This document shows positions 23,920 through 36,406 of a DNA stretch of 64,000 bases, in pieces. The notes under the pieces were generated by a model. It ran no database searches, was not told the DNA's origin, and saw only the letters and a list, made by a program, of their open reading frames with translations. Numbering within the stretch: position 1 is the first letter of the stretch; each line of letters begins with the position of its first letter. A program made the position numbers and the translations under genes. The DNA is from Iphione sp. A-MEVVRFRX5 (taxonomy: Eukaryota): NCBI GenBank assembly GCA_976226885.1, contig OZ320316.1, positions 81,282,001-81,346,000 of the forward strand, written 5' to 3'.

Positions 23920-26149
23920 TGCTAATAACGAAAGCATTTCAATGCATCAAATGACTGGTCCTCGTTGCTGCCGTGGACTTGAAGTATCTTCGTTGGCATG
24001 ACCGTTGCCATTTCTTATATTTTCGTGTTTTAAGATGCTATAACAATGTACTAAACACTTCAGGCGTTCCTTTTTCTGGTAAGTGAGAAATCCCGTGATT
24101 ATATATAGTAATTTTATACAGACGATCTTGTATAAACTGCCAATAACCCTTTCTATAGGAAATAAGATGCGATAGTACCATACAGGTAACGAATGAATCC
24201 ATCTTCCGCTGAAGTTACATATTTTGTTTTCCTCCCTAATGCATGTTTGATAACATGAAATATGTAATCAAGTCATGTCTCAGTACGTCACTGCTGGCAG
24301 TGAAAAACACGACAAAATCAACTTCATGTACCCTCGATTTGTTCCCCTGTGCTTGTATTTTGCTATCATATGAATTAATAGTATGCAGACTTTGAATGGA
24401 GGTTCATAATTAACAGAAAGTGATGTCACGAAACAGTGTGAATGGATAAATTAAATATATGATAAGGTGGAATGTGTTGTTACACTTTATATCCATGCGT
24501 GAGGGCTCAAAGGATTCCGTGTCTTATACGTATAGTTTAGAACGGCCGGATTTGACGATGTTCAAGACAAAGGTTCATATAAATACTCTCGATATGTCAA
24601 TATTTTATCAACAGTTACAAGCAGTAGCTGAAATGTTTAAATCGGCAAGGTCTACGGAGGACTGTTTCAATAACTGGTGTGTTTCTGATCAATGAAGAAA
24701 TATAAATCAATTCCGTTGGAAATAAATGTCAGTTGTGTTTAAGTAGTAGTCGCTGGGGCCAACTACAATGGCACAGAAAAAGTATGTTCGGCAAGAGACC
24801 TAAAATATTTTCCTCTTTTATACACAATTAAGGCCAGAAATCACATGGAACAGGTTAAGCTTCAAATTACGTACATGACTAAGCACAGGCGATCAGAAGC
24901 TTAACCTTAAAATACGCTTTCGAAAATCCCCACCGTATATAAACGCACTCAAATTCCTCAGTGCTTGATTTCCTTTCCTGCCACTTCACTTCATGTTGAT
25001 GAACACAGATTTAACTACTTGGGAAGAACCGATAATCTTTGTAAGTTAAACTACAAGTATTCAGGTCTGTGTGAATACGGAGGAAACAAGATCCGAACGT
25101 TCTCAGATTTTCCCTGTTACACACTATATGTGTCTCAAAAACACCATACAATTTTAGACGATGATCAAAGGAGGGAGATATTGATTCAGATTTGTCGACT
25201 TGTATTCCTCTATTATACATAGAGAAAAGAGCAGTGTTTTTTCCATCAGCACATCATATTTGTTCAGAGGACATACATCAATTCAAAAGTGTTGTTGATG
25301 GTAAGAGTTCATTTTGCTAAACATATAGACTAATAGGGAAATGCTGTACCTGGTTTGAGGACAATTTATCCCTAAGGCTTTTATTCTCGAGTTTTTCACC
25401 CACTAGGATATTTGCTCCCTGAGACTCCTTAATGAGCCCCTGGATACGTGTGTAGGGAGGTTGATATGTTATTAGATGGTTATTTGCAGCAGGTATTAGA
25501 TGTACATCTAGAAGATCACATGCCACAATTCATTTGAAACAACAAATTAATGTTAACGTCCACGGCTTTAAGATAACAGCTGCCATCTTTCTATTGATTC
25601 GACTGTCACACTTACAAGTTGATGTGCCAGTGCAACAGACATCGTTACGTGAAAACACACTTATCAACATAAGAAAATAAACAAGATCTGTTGGATAAGG
25701 TGCAGATTTAAATGTACAACCGATTGGGTCGATTTCATCTACATGTATACACAGCATATAAGAGTGTATTAGTAACATATCACGAATGCTTTTGTAATGC
25801 AGTACATTGTACCCATACAGGTCTTGGTTTTCTGAGATTTCTGCTCTATACGTTTACAAAAGGTGCTTAATTAAGCTTGATTAATGCACTAAATCTACAA
25901 TGTATGATTGGTTACAAATAACTTGTAACTATTGTTAGGATATCTCGTACAGTATCTCTTACTCGAATTCCTTTACTAATTTATAATGATTCTAACTAAT
26001 TTATAATGATTCTCTTTGCTAAAAACGACATTGACAGTCTGCAATTACCAGTTTCCATGTGCATTTTTTTAAATTTATGTGCAATAACACGAAAATCAAA
26101 ACCCTGAGAAAACCCTTGTTGGGTATTCTGTCGTATATTAAGCTTTTAG

Positions 26150-26800
26150 TTATTGAGCTAGGCAACACCCTTTACTTTAACTCTATTGATTAACGTTCTT
26201 TTACTTACAACTGAATGTGGGCGTACCAACTGTAGAGTTTGCTGAGACGTATCTAATGTTAGTCAATTCAAATATATTTCTATCTTTAGCATAGAAGTAT
26301 CCGATCGATAGCTTACTGTTATGAGTAGGATCAAGTATTTAATGGATTCATTGTCTCACATATACTTTTTGTTTAAATATCTGAGAGCCAATTTAATTTC
26401 AGGATAAGTTATGGCTTTTTGTATACAGCTTTACAAATGCCTATGTAAATTTGTTTCAAATCTCGGAAGGAAAATACCTTTTGGTCGATGATTGTCAAGG
26501 CAGTTAGGATATTGTCATTTTTGTAAATGACTTTGGCAGAGTGCCTCTTTCCAGACAGGTGGAATAATTTGTTGCATTGATCTCTTATTTAGTAACAGAT
26601 ACTATTAACTGTAGCATTTCACATATTATGGAAAACTTCAAACTGACAGGAACATTGCTATTAACGATTGGAATAATTATTCTATCATAGTATGCCCCGT
26701 ATGGTATTGCAGCAGAAATGTTGAAAACAAGAGAATTTGCCAAATGTACGTTGCAGCCTTTCAGAGTTGACTAAACGGCTATGGTTTTGGTTTTTAGTGA
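26150..26800 (-). mobile_element. Degraded LINE RT remnant
   Basis: Minus strand reads IIPPVWKEALCQSHLQK*QYPNCLDNHRPKGIFLPRFE, a decayed form of P..WK.A...P..K....NYRPIS.L....K.FE. Confidence 0.5.
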
Positions 26801-27299
26801 TCCTATTTATTTTAATGGATGGTGTATTTGTGTAAATCTAAAACCAGTACATGTAAAAGATATCTGAAATGTTACCAAAGTCTTTATCAATTCTCAATCT
26901 AATATCTGGCTGGGTCTTTCCATTTTCATGGCACATAAATAGATTCATGGCTCTGGAACATCTGTCATAGAACACCAAACCTTCTTGTATCGCAAGTATT
27001 TACTGCAAAGATCATTTCTGACTGCATTCACATTGTTCCCCTATATTAGGCCCAATATCCATGTAACCATGTCTTTGTGTAATGTGCTCACCATGGTTTT
27101 TGATAGATACATAACGAGTGTGTGCCTCTATGTGAAATATACCCACGGCTTGGGCAATGCACGAGGCAAAGCCGAGTGGATTAAGCCCAAGCCATCGATA
27201 TGTTTGCATATAGCCACACATGAGGTTATGTATCTCACTTAAAGCATGGCCCCCTGTCTCTCTCTATCCCTATCTCTATCTCACACACTATCTCTATAA

Positions 27300-27660
27300 C
27301 ACACACCTCTACAGAGGGTTACAGCACACAAACAACATGTAACACAGAACTCTACAGGGTTACAGCAAACACACAACAGGTCACACACAACTCTACAGAG
27401 GGTTACAGGACACACACAACAGGTAATACACACCTCTACAGAAGGTTACAGGGGACACACAGCACGTAGCACACAACTCTGCAGAGGCTTACAGGACACT
27501 CACACAACAGGTCACACACAACTCTACAGAGGGTTACAACACACACACACACACAACAGGTCACACACACCTCTACAGAGGAGTACAAGAAATACAAAAC
27601 AGGTCACACAAAATCTGCAGAGGGTTACAGGACACACAACAGGTCACACAAAACTCCACA
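27300..27660. repeat. ~40-bp CA-rich minisatellite, about 9 copies
   Basis: The unit ACACA(A/C)CTCTACAGAGGGTTACAGGACACACACAACAGGTC repeats in tandem. Confidence 0.9.
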
Positions 27661-28629
27661 TCATGTATCAATATAGGATTAGGGCAGGAGTGTATCAATT
27701 TAGTGTGCCATGTGTTGCATGTGTATGTGTGCTGTTTTTCAGATTGGAACATGTCCCATTCCGCTGTGGTCTGTGCTGTGACTATCTGTGTTCTAAACGG
27801 GAATTATATTTTTCTAGTGAGGTGTAACATGATGAACATACTACATCGACACACATGAGCACTGTGTGACGGATAGAGCTTATGGTGCTTCTCGGCCTTA
27901 CATGCTACATGAGCACGTCGATGCCCTGTCTTACTCACATTTAGTACATAGAATTGCGAAGGGCCCCTTGTTTAATTGTAGAAAATGTAGGAAATACACA
28001 AAACATTGTCTGCATCAAATCCTATGTTTATCATAATATTTGTGTTCCTTAGACCCGGTTTCGTAACCCGTGTTTGACATCTGTGTGTGTTTGTAGAGTT
28101 TTGTGTGTGTGTTTATGTGCATATTTATTTAACTAGTGGACTTCAGTGTAAGGTGTTCCTTACCTGCGGGTGCCTTGAGATGTGTTCGGGTGTGTTTTCC
28201 ACAGCCATTGCTTATTTTTCAGCACTGCTTGCTAATTTTATGCATAAAAAGGCACAAACGCAAGGGAAAGCATGAATATTTCCTCACACTTCTTCCCATT
28301 TTCTCACCTTTCCTCATTTTTCCTCACGTGTACATAGATTTATGCACATTTACACACATGTTTGCAAATGCACAGACATTTTCATACTTCTTGCAGTTCA
28401 ATTCACCAGTTTTTGCCCCAGTTCCTGTCAAATTTGCCAATTATCATACTTTTTTCAGTTAAATTTGCGGGTTTTTACTTCTATTTCTGTCAAATTTGTC
28501 CTTTTGTTATACTTTTTCCAGTCAAATTCACTGGTTTTCAGCACACCTCAATGCAGTGCCCAAAGACACCCTTGTGTCTGAGCTGCATGAGGCTACAGGA
28601 GAACAAACATCCATAGTGATGCACACGGA

Positions 28630-28671
28630 GGCCTCACGCAGCCTCACGCAGCCTCACGCAGCTTAACGCAG
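28630..28671. repeat. 10-bp tandem repeat (GCCTCACGCA)x~4
   Basis: Directly visible in the sequence. Confidence 0.8.
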
Positions 28672-30917
28672 GTAGAGAACTGGGCCCTGTACGCCTAGTA
28701 GCTGAGTATAGCCATACCCCACTGTGTCAATGATTATGCATTCATCCATATCTTCCTTTGTTTTCAGAATATAGAATGGCAGCTGCTCCATGAATTATAT
28801 AGCTGGCTTTGATCTTTCTCACGTTTATGGAGCAATAATGCTCCTACTCCTTAAATGCAGTTAAATAAGGAGGATTATGAAATAGTCCGTAGTGAGTGCA
28901 TAAGTCAGAGGGACAACACACGGGGCTAGTCCAGGAGGCAAGGTCCTGTCACCTTGTAGATTTTCCGGTGGCTGACTAAGCTTTATTTGGCTAGAGCAAC
29001 ACTGACAGGTATCTGGAACAATGTTTCCTTAGGTGCGCTATTTGTTCAGCTCATATGATGGTGTATCTGGACAAGGGAAGTAATTACTTGCATGTTGATT
29101 AAGGACGTGTATTACACCTGCTGTCTGTATACGTTGTTCCCACGCACGAGCAGTAATGATATTGGTTGTTAAAGTGACCCAATATACAATAGAAGGGGTG
29201 GCCAGTTGCCAGTTTAACACATGAGGAATAAATACACAGTGTGCTTTGTGAGGATTTCAACACTTCACATCATGTTATCCTAAAAAGAATAGCCGGTTCA
29301 AAGGGGTTATTCTATTCCCAAAGTCTCCGGGTATGTCTCTATATATCTACTGTCGCCATACCATCTACCTGCCATACTACTCTGTTGCTCTCTCTCTCTC
29401 TCTCTCTCTCTTCCCCCCGCTCCCCGATCTTCTCCTGCAGTCACAGTCATGTACGTGGTTGATAATAATGGCACATGGGCATTGGACCATGCCACGCTTG
29501 ATTGCTGTCGCGTTCAGTGTACATGTAGTAACGTGTTCTTGCCATACTACCCAAGGGGTAAGAGAATAAAAGAAGGCTTAGTGCAAAGCTATGGGGACGT
29601 AACTGACTGGAACCTATCACAATCGAGGAAAATCTGCTTCTGGATTGATCATCATGGGCAGCATATTCTCGAATAGTTAAGCAAATAGATACGCGAATGG
29701 AAAATACACAGATACTTATATATACAAAACTACCCCTCCCCCCCCATTTATTGGATACCGTAGTCAAGCAAACAGATTTCTGTGAAACCAATATTGATTT
29801 GCCTTAAAGGCGGTACTGATGTCGGTCGGAACCAACGAGGTCATTTTTATTAGTAATTTCTATCACATGTATCCAAACTAATGAACTCAGCAGAGGACTT
29901 TCAAACTGAGTTTGTATGAAAACTTATTTCCCATAGCTTTGTTCCAACCGTTAAGTAATTTCAATTAGTATTTCTGGTGTGTTTATCTATATTGATGAAG
30001 TCAGTCATCTGAAATAATAATTTAATAGGAACTTGACGCGTCAGGTTGATTTGTGAGGGGTGGTTCGGGTTGTGTTTTTACAAGCGAAAATGTGTCTGTG
30101 TTATTCTGAGATGTCAGAGTTCTGTATTAATGTTCAGCGACCTCAAGTTCAGTGTGTGTCTCAGAGTGTTTCCCAGTGTTGATTAATGAAAAGGCTTTTT
30201 ATGTGTAGTGGGTGCATTGCATTACCATGGGCTTACAATCACGCGTGTTCACCTACGTCCAATCAGTGCCAATTTTGCACGGGCGTCTGATATGATTGTA
30301 TGTACATGTACATCTCGTGTACGATTCATATACATTTCTGTGCCAATGATGACCACTTTGCTGTGCTACCAGGGCCAATCACAGATCTGTAGTTGTGGAA
30401 TTTGAAACTTGTAGAATTGCTTTCCTACGCGCATGTTTCATGGTTTACAGAGTAGAAATTCTCCATACTCCATCAATGCAGGCAGATATGGAGGAATACA
30501 TAATCAGCTTACGGCATTCACTTCCCACAAAAATATCGTACTGACCAGTCATGGTAACATTGGCATTCATTGGTTCTGACCTGCATATCACTGTTCTTTA
30601 TGCTGTATTGTGTGTATAGAATAAGGTAAATGCATGCAGATGCATTCATTACAATGCCAATACACTGCGGGGCTTGTGGAAGATGAGATCGGGTCACACC
30701 GTGTAATGGAATGGGTTTGTTTGATCTCAAACAAGCCTTTACTCAATCGGACGATTTTGTTAGACAAACCCTGTTCTGAAGACTGGCACCAGACAGTATT
30801 ATATAGCTTGCATCCATCTTCACGTTTCATTCTGAAAACCGTTTATCACGTAACTTATCGTGTTAATCGAGAACTATTAATTATGGCAACGTTTGCACAG
30901 GGGGACTAAGGCGTCCT

Positions 30918-31103
30918 CCAATAACGCTTCACCAAGCATTAAAATCACCCATAATGTTTAAAGATGGGACAGATAAGGCTTCACCAAGAATGTATTCCTT
31001 GATCCCCAATCACCAGAAATTGCTGAATAACGCTTCACCTTGAATTGGAGAACCAAATAACGCTTCACCAAGAATTCAGATCACCCAATAACGCTTCACC
31101 AGT
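30918..31103. repeat. Five interspersed copies of AATAACGCTTCACC(AAG) with variable spacers
   Basis: Copies at about 30920, 30974, 31027, 31056 and 31088, all in the same orientation, with irregular spacing. Confidence 0.75.
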
Positions 31104-31500
31104 ATAGGTGACAACCCCTGTTTGCATGAAATTACCATGAAACGCACATGTATCTACCACTTAGCAATATTCATGGCACTGAGTTACTAATGTTTACTAC
31201 TTTGCAAAAATATTATGACGATCTATTTAACACTCACTGATAATGACCTTCTCTCTTGCTAAACGCGGAAAGGACTCTATACGCCTGAAAATATACGGTA
31301 AGTGAAATTTGTTCAGTAGCATCATCTGGTGTCATTGGAGGAAACTAACCATTCCGACGTGTGTTTTCAGGAATCGCCCTGCCACCTACTGTCAACAATA
31401 TCCTAGACACAAGGGTTTGTTACGAGATACAGGAAAAGCATGGATTGCCAGGTCTCCCGATTTGTTAGGTACCAAAGTATATTCTAGCATTTCTTCCATT

Positions 31501-32061
31501 TACAGACAATACTCAAAATCCAAACACTCAAAAACCGAATTTTCCTGAATCCGAACAGATTTGGCTGATACCAATTTTACATTGTATTTCATTGTTAAAA
31601 TACTCATATAACCGAATGTTTATATCCCAAATCCAAACAATTTTTGGATGAATTTGGCGGACATTTGCCAATTTTGGGCCGAATTTGGCTGAGTTTGGCT
31701 GAGATTTACCGACTTTCAGACAAATTTGGCTGAGTTTTGTGGCTTTTCAGGCGAATTTGCCTGAGTTTTGCCGATTTTCGGACGACTTTGGCTGTATTTT
31801 GGCGATTTGGGGACGAACACTTGCTTGAGTTATACATTTTCAGTGTCTACAGGTATTAGCATGACCATTCCTTCCTTTTCCACACCATTCCCACTGCCCC
31901 TAACACTCGCTCACACTTACCTGTACAAAGAAAATTGAAAGAAGTGGACTAGGCTCCTACCTCTATTACCTGTACAAAGAAAAGGGGCCTAGGGCCACAA
32001 TTCAAAATCTGAAAAATCCTAAAACTGAACCAAAATGTTGGGCTTTTGAGTTTTGACTGTA
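31501..32061 (+). mobile_element. TA-flanked MITE (Tc1/mariner-pogo-type ends) with an internal ~21-bp minisatellite
   Basis: Left end TA-CAGACAATACTCAAAA and right end (reverse complement) TA-CAGTCAAAACTCAAAA. The GAATTTGGCTGAGTTTTGCCGATTTT array spans about 31660-31820. Confidence 0.75.
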
Positions 32062-32473
32062 TATAAACACATGTGGTTTCGTATTCTATAGTACATTTAC
32101 AAGTGTAAATGTATGTTGCATATAGCTCTTCTCATATATCTGTAAGTTATCTAAAATAAACATGTATCTACTTTGCCTTTTTAATACTACAGTTACCGAG
32201 GGTCTCCTGATGGTAGACGGGGACTTTAGTTGTCTCCTTGGTAGCCTGGTAAAACCAAGGGAGATGACGCATTCCGCTAGATGTCTCTGCAGCCTTTAGC
32301 CCCTACTGTTGCGATCTTGCTGGAGATTCATTCAGAAAAACAGGACGGCATATTAAAATACATTGAGTAAGCCCGGGTAGACCCATAATTTCACCTGAAA
32401 TTCATGGGAGGGAACCAATTTTTTAAAAACTTGTGAATCAATTATGTTTTTAGAGCCTGCTTTTAGAGGCAGG

Positions 32474-32595
32474 CCCTTGGTCTACCAGGCTACCTAGGAG
32501 ACAACTAAAGTCCCTGTCTACCATCGGGAGACCCTCAGGTAACTGTAGTACTTTAGTTCTCTCCTAGTCCGCCAGGACTACCCCAAGGGAGAGCT
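32474..32595 (-). repeat. DIRS internal complementary region (ICR)
   Basis: 32552-32593 (TTTAGTTCTCTCCTAGTCC...GGGAGA) is complementary to the outer left ITR. 32474-32550 is the near-perfect reverse complement of 32185-32261, the outer right ITR plus extension. Confidence 0.85.
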
Positions 32596-32660
32596 TTAGG
32601 CCTAGCAGGAGATGTCGACACTGATTTGTACAGTGGAACATAAGAGACAAACAATGTTAC

Positions 32661-33494
32661 CTATTCTTCCCTGATTCGTTTGTTTCTCTTTAGATAAAAC
32701 TTCAAATGGGTGATAACACAAATAGAGGGATCTTGGTGAAAGGCAGGCAGAATTATTCTACTTGGTATTTTGCCCTTTCTGCTATGCTTCAGTGGTGAAG
32801 AAAAATTAATTTGAGTCCTATTCGTGTCCAACTTATGTACATTCTGGAGTTCAATATTGTGGATGGTTTGAAGCCTCCCACAGGTTGCCAACAGTAGTAA
32901 CATGACTAACTTCAAGGTAAGCAACTTCAATGACAAAGAATCTAATGGCATCCAAGTCCTCAACATTCCTAATACTAACTCCACATCCCAGGTGTATTCC
33001 AACCTAGCTTGTGGAGGCCTTAAGTTGAACATGCCAGTCATAACTCTATTTGTGAGCCTATGCTGTCCAAAATGGACTGCATCAAAATTCCTTAGAATAG
33101 CGGATAAAGCGCTACGTGCAGTATTAATTGAACTGTAACTAAGTCCCTGTTTAAAGAGGACATGCAAAAGCAACAGGGCTTGTTCTAATTTTGGCTTAAA
33201 CGGATCTATGTCTCTGACCACACAGTATGTGTGCCATCGTTGTAGATAGGATCCATATTGACCCCGGGTTGCTCGTCTCCATGAATGAAACATATACTTT
33301 TGTAAAACCTTCTTCTCTAGGGATTGATCAATCTTCTCCATCAAAAGCGGACGGCCACCAAAGCGATGTGACTGATGGCCTTGGGACCCTCTGTACTGAA
33401 CACATTTAGTAGATTGTTTCTTCTCTGTGGAAACTCCATCTTTTCTACTGGTCGAAGCTGCTTGATCCTTCCATATCATGCTTGTGCTTTCCAC
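32661..33494 (-). pseudogene. DIRS tyrosine recombinase, C-terminally truncated
   Basis: SAM-like N-domain (YLQRWHTYC...LSYSSINTARSALS), catalytic Arg in LLLATCGRLQTI and Lys in LKHSRKG. After a shifted VTLFVSYVPLYKSVS the sequence runs straight into the ICR, and no HxxR or catalytic Tyr segment is visible. Confidence 0.88.
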
Positions 33495-33922
33495 CTGGGG
33501 AGGATCATTATTACTGGTGTCGGTTCTTGATGCAACTTCTGTAGAGCTCTAGAAATTAAGGAAAAAGGTGGAAACAAATATAAATATTCAAATTGATCCC
33601 ATCTCAATGTGAATGCATCATCATAGGCGGACCCAGGATCTGGTCGCCAGCTGGCATAAATTGGTAAATAGTGCGTTGCCCTAGATGCAATGAGATCAAT
33701 GGTGGGCATGCCCCAGGCTTGAGTGATGTGTGAGAAAATTTTTGGATTCAATTCCCATTCTGTGTCTTCATTGAAGATTCTCGACTCCATATCTGCTTCA
33801 GCATTCGACCTGCCTGGTATATATGATACAACAGCCCAGGCTTGCCTGGTTTCCAAAAAGGACCAGACTTCCCTGGCACAGTCATTACAAGCTACTGGTT
33901 TTGTTCCACCTTGCTTATTCAC
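33476..33922 (-). pseudogene. DIRS RNase H C-end and DNA N6-adenine methyltransferase-like (MT) domain
   Basis: YIPGRSNAEADMESR...EWELNP...IDLIASR...DAFTLRW...YLFPPFSLI...ILPRWKAQ is the DIRS MT signature, including the xPPF motif. Confidence 0.85.
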
Positions 33923-33929
33923 ATAAGCC

Positions 33930-34316
33930 TGGGCTGTTGTATTATCTGTTCTAATAAGGACCTCGAACTTGTTCCTGAGTCTAAAAAAAGGATTGCAATC
34001 CTAACAAAATGGCTTTCAATTCTAAGTAATTGATATGATGCTGGTATTCTTCTGGTGTCCATCTGCCTCCTGTGGCCGCAAATTTCGTGACTGCTCCGAA
34101 ACCTTCTTGTGAAGCATCTCTGGCTATGCATTCTTCCGGGCAATGAATTCCTATCGGTCTGAAAACTGTTTGAATATTATTCCACCACCAGTTCAGATGT
34201 ATCCACCTGGAGGTAGAAAGTGACATATTAGCATAAAAATCTCCACGATTCTTCATCAGAGCCCAAATCTTATCCCTCTCCAGTGCCTTGTTAGACAATA
34301 TTAAGCTGCCTTGCAT
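33930..34316 (-). pseudogene. DIRS RNase H
   Basis: RDASQEGFGA...GGRW...HINYLELKAILLGL, followed after a frameshift by VLIRTDNTTAQAYVNKQGG. Confidence 0.88.
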
Positions 34317-34462
34317 AAATCTACCAAGGACCCAATCAAGGATGCTACTGAACGGATGGTTAGTGCATTCTTCTGCAACACATTGGTGATGAATCCTCTG
34401 ATAAACTCAATTTTCTGCGTAGATGGAGTAATTAACATACTTAGAGAACCGATCCAATATCC

Positions 34463-34972
34463 TCAGAATACCTTCTGACACGGGAGAAGCTGAAATTTGT
34501 CTCTATTGATAGCAAACCCCACGGAAGACAGTAAAGACACCGTAGCTTGTACTGATTCGGAACAGACTGGAGCAGAAGGGCCGATCACTAGGAGGTCGTC
34601 CACGTATGCAATGACATCGTGTGAATCTTCATGCAATTTAGCCAACACAGGTTTCATTAGTTTTGTGAAGAGTCTTGGTGCAGACGCAGGGCCGAATGGC
34701 ATTACCACATACTTGAAAAAATGTCGTTTCCATGAAAATGCCAAAAATTTCTGGAACTCGGGTGCTACTGGAACCACATGATAAGCACTCTGCATGTCCA
34801 AACTAGCCATCCAGCATCCAGAATAGTTAGATCTGATGACCGATTAGAATGTGTCCATTTTGAAATGCTTATATGCCAAAACTTTACTCAAATCCGATAA
34901 GTCCAGAATTATTCTGATGGAGCCATCTGGTTTTGATCTGGGAAGGATTGCGGCCTGAAACTTGGAAGGATC

Positions 34973-35015
<43 letters not shown>

Positions 35016-35443
35016 CTTACCACCATGCCCCTCTGAGGTGCCTTACTGCTTCATCCATGGCAAGGTCTTCAGCCAAATCAAAGCGGAGAGGCCTTAAAAA
35101 TGGATTTTCTGGAGGTCTTGCCAAAAAGATCTAGATTCAAACCCTGAGTTAGTTGTAAAATCTCAGGGTCATGTGTTAGTTGTTTCCATTGTGATAAATG
35201 ATATTTCAAGTTCCCCGCTTTGAATGGCAGAAACAAGGCTTCATCCACTTCTTCCCACTCCTCACCTGAAAATCCTGTCTTTGCTTTGCTGTTCAGGTTG
35301 TCTGTTGGTGTTATGGGGATAGTATGGACGTTGCTCCTGATAATGAAAAGTCGGCTTGTATGGCTGGAATCTGCCACACCCTCTGAAGCTTCCTCTTCTG
35401 TGAGGAAATCCTCTGGTAGGTTTTTGAGTCTTGGTCTTCTCAA
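34463..35443 (-). pseudogene. DIRS reverse transcriptase (frameshifted)
   Basis: AGNLKYHLSQWKQLT..., KPDGSIRIILDL...HFKMDT, SLDMQSAYH, MPFG..SAPRLFTK and YVDDLL motifs are spread over several frames. Confidence 0.92.
34975..35014. repeat. (CAT/GAT)13 microsatellite inside the DIRS RT
   Basis: Directly visible; it encodes 13 Asp in the RT frame. Confidence 0.95.
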
Positions 35444-35459
35444 TCTTCACCGTCAATTT

Positions 35460-36406
35460 ATTAACCGTATCCAAGGTCTTCAAAACCGTCTCCAAATTGT
35501 CACCAAAAATGTATTTTGCAGATGGTGGATTGTCATCATTAGCAAGTCAGCGATATTCGGGTTTTTAACCCACACTTCAAGTCATCTCTCCTTGCTTTTA
35601 TTAATTTTGCATTAGAAGCACTGGATAATGAAAAGGCATCTAGTAACTGTTTGGCTGCCTCTCTCAAGGTTGGAGAAGATTTAGTGAGATCCAACACATT
35701 CACAAAACCTTTGATGAGTGCTGTCTGTGAGAGGTGAAGGAGTCCCCGTACCTTCTGAAATGAGCGATCTCGAACTCTAGTGCTTTTGGAGTGATGTCCA
35801 CACTGGTTCATTAACCCGAGTAATAGCCAGAGTGTCACAGTTATCTGGCCTAGGGTACTCGAGCCTTTCCTTGTCATTATCATCTGAAGCCCAGACCTTC
35901 AGTTGTTTTTTGTTCACAAATTTTGCAATGTCTGGCCTTAAGGAAGGTCCCACTTTCTCATCTTGCTCCACTTCTTTTTTGAGCTCTTGTAACAAATCTT
36001 CTTTCTCCGAATCTTCTCCACCTGGAATTTGATGAGTTTTCTGTCGATTGGGAAGCAATTGGCTAAGGAAATCCTCAGTATCAGCTTCTGAGGTGTCCTG
36101 CCTCTGAGACGAAGTAGCAATTGGCTCGGGGTTTTCATCCTCCTGCACCTCCATCACCGATTCGAAGCCCGAATTCATCGAAGATGCCAGTTGAGAAAAA
36201 TTTTCTCGTAAATCAGAAGATCAAGCCTTAATGGCCTGGAGGAGGTTATCTTCTTTCCCATCTGCTTTGGGTTTCTCAGAGGCATTTGTCTTCACAGTTT
36301 TGGCAGACTCTTTGACATTCTCAGGGTTAGTTCATGACGCTCCTTTATGTTTCGGCAGCGCCTGAAAATTTTCCTCCATGGCTTCATTTTGTTCAGAAGC
36401 AGACAT
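35460..36406 (-). pseudogene. DIRS gag-like ORF1 (frameshifted)
   Basis: GPSLRPDIAKFV...YPRPDNCDTLAITRVNEPVWTSL is typical of DIRS gag-like proteins. It lies between the left ITR and the RT. Confidence 0.75.

Noticed and set aside
30918-31103. CRISPR array
   Set aside because: The repeat is only 14-17 bp, spacing is irregular, there are no cas genes, and the context is a eukaryotic intron-containing genome.
32188-32547. Independent TA-flanked MITE with ~75-bp TIRs
   Set aside because: The two arms are better explained as the DIRS right ITR plus extension and its ICR complement.
34960-35020. Spliceosomal intron inside the DIRS RT (GTAAGT...TTTCAG on the minus strand)
   Set aside because: The flanking residues (FQAAILPRSKPDG) are native RT sequence, and removing the segment would delete a conserved motif. 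It is a microsatellite expansion.
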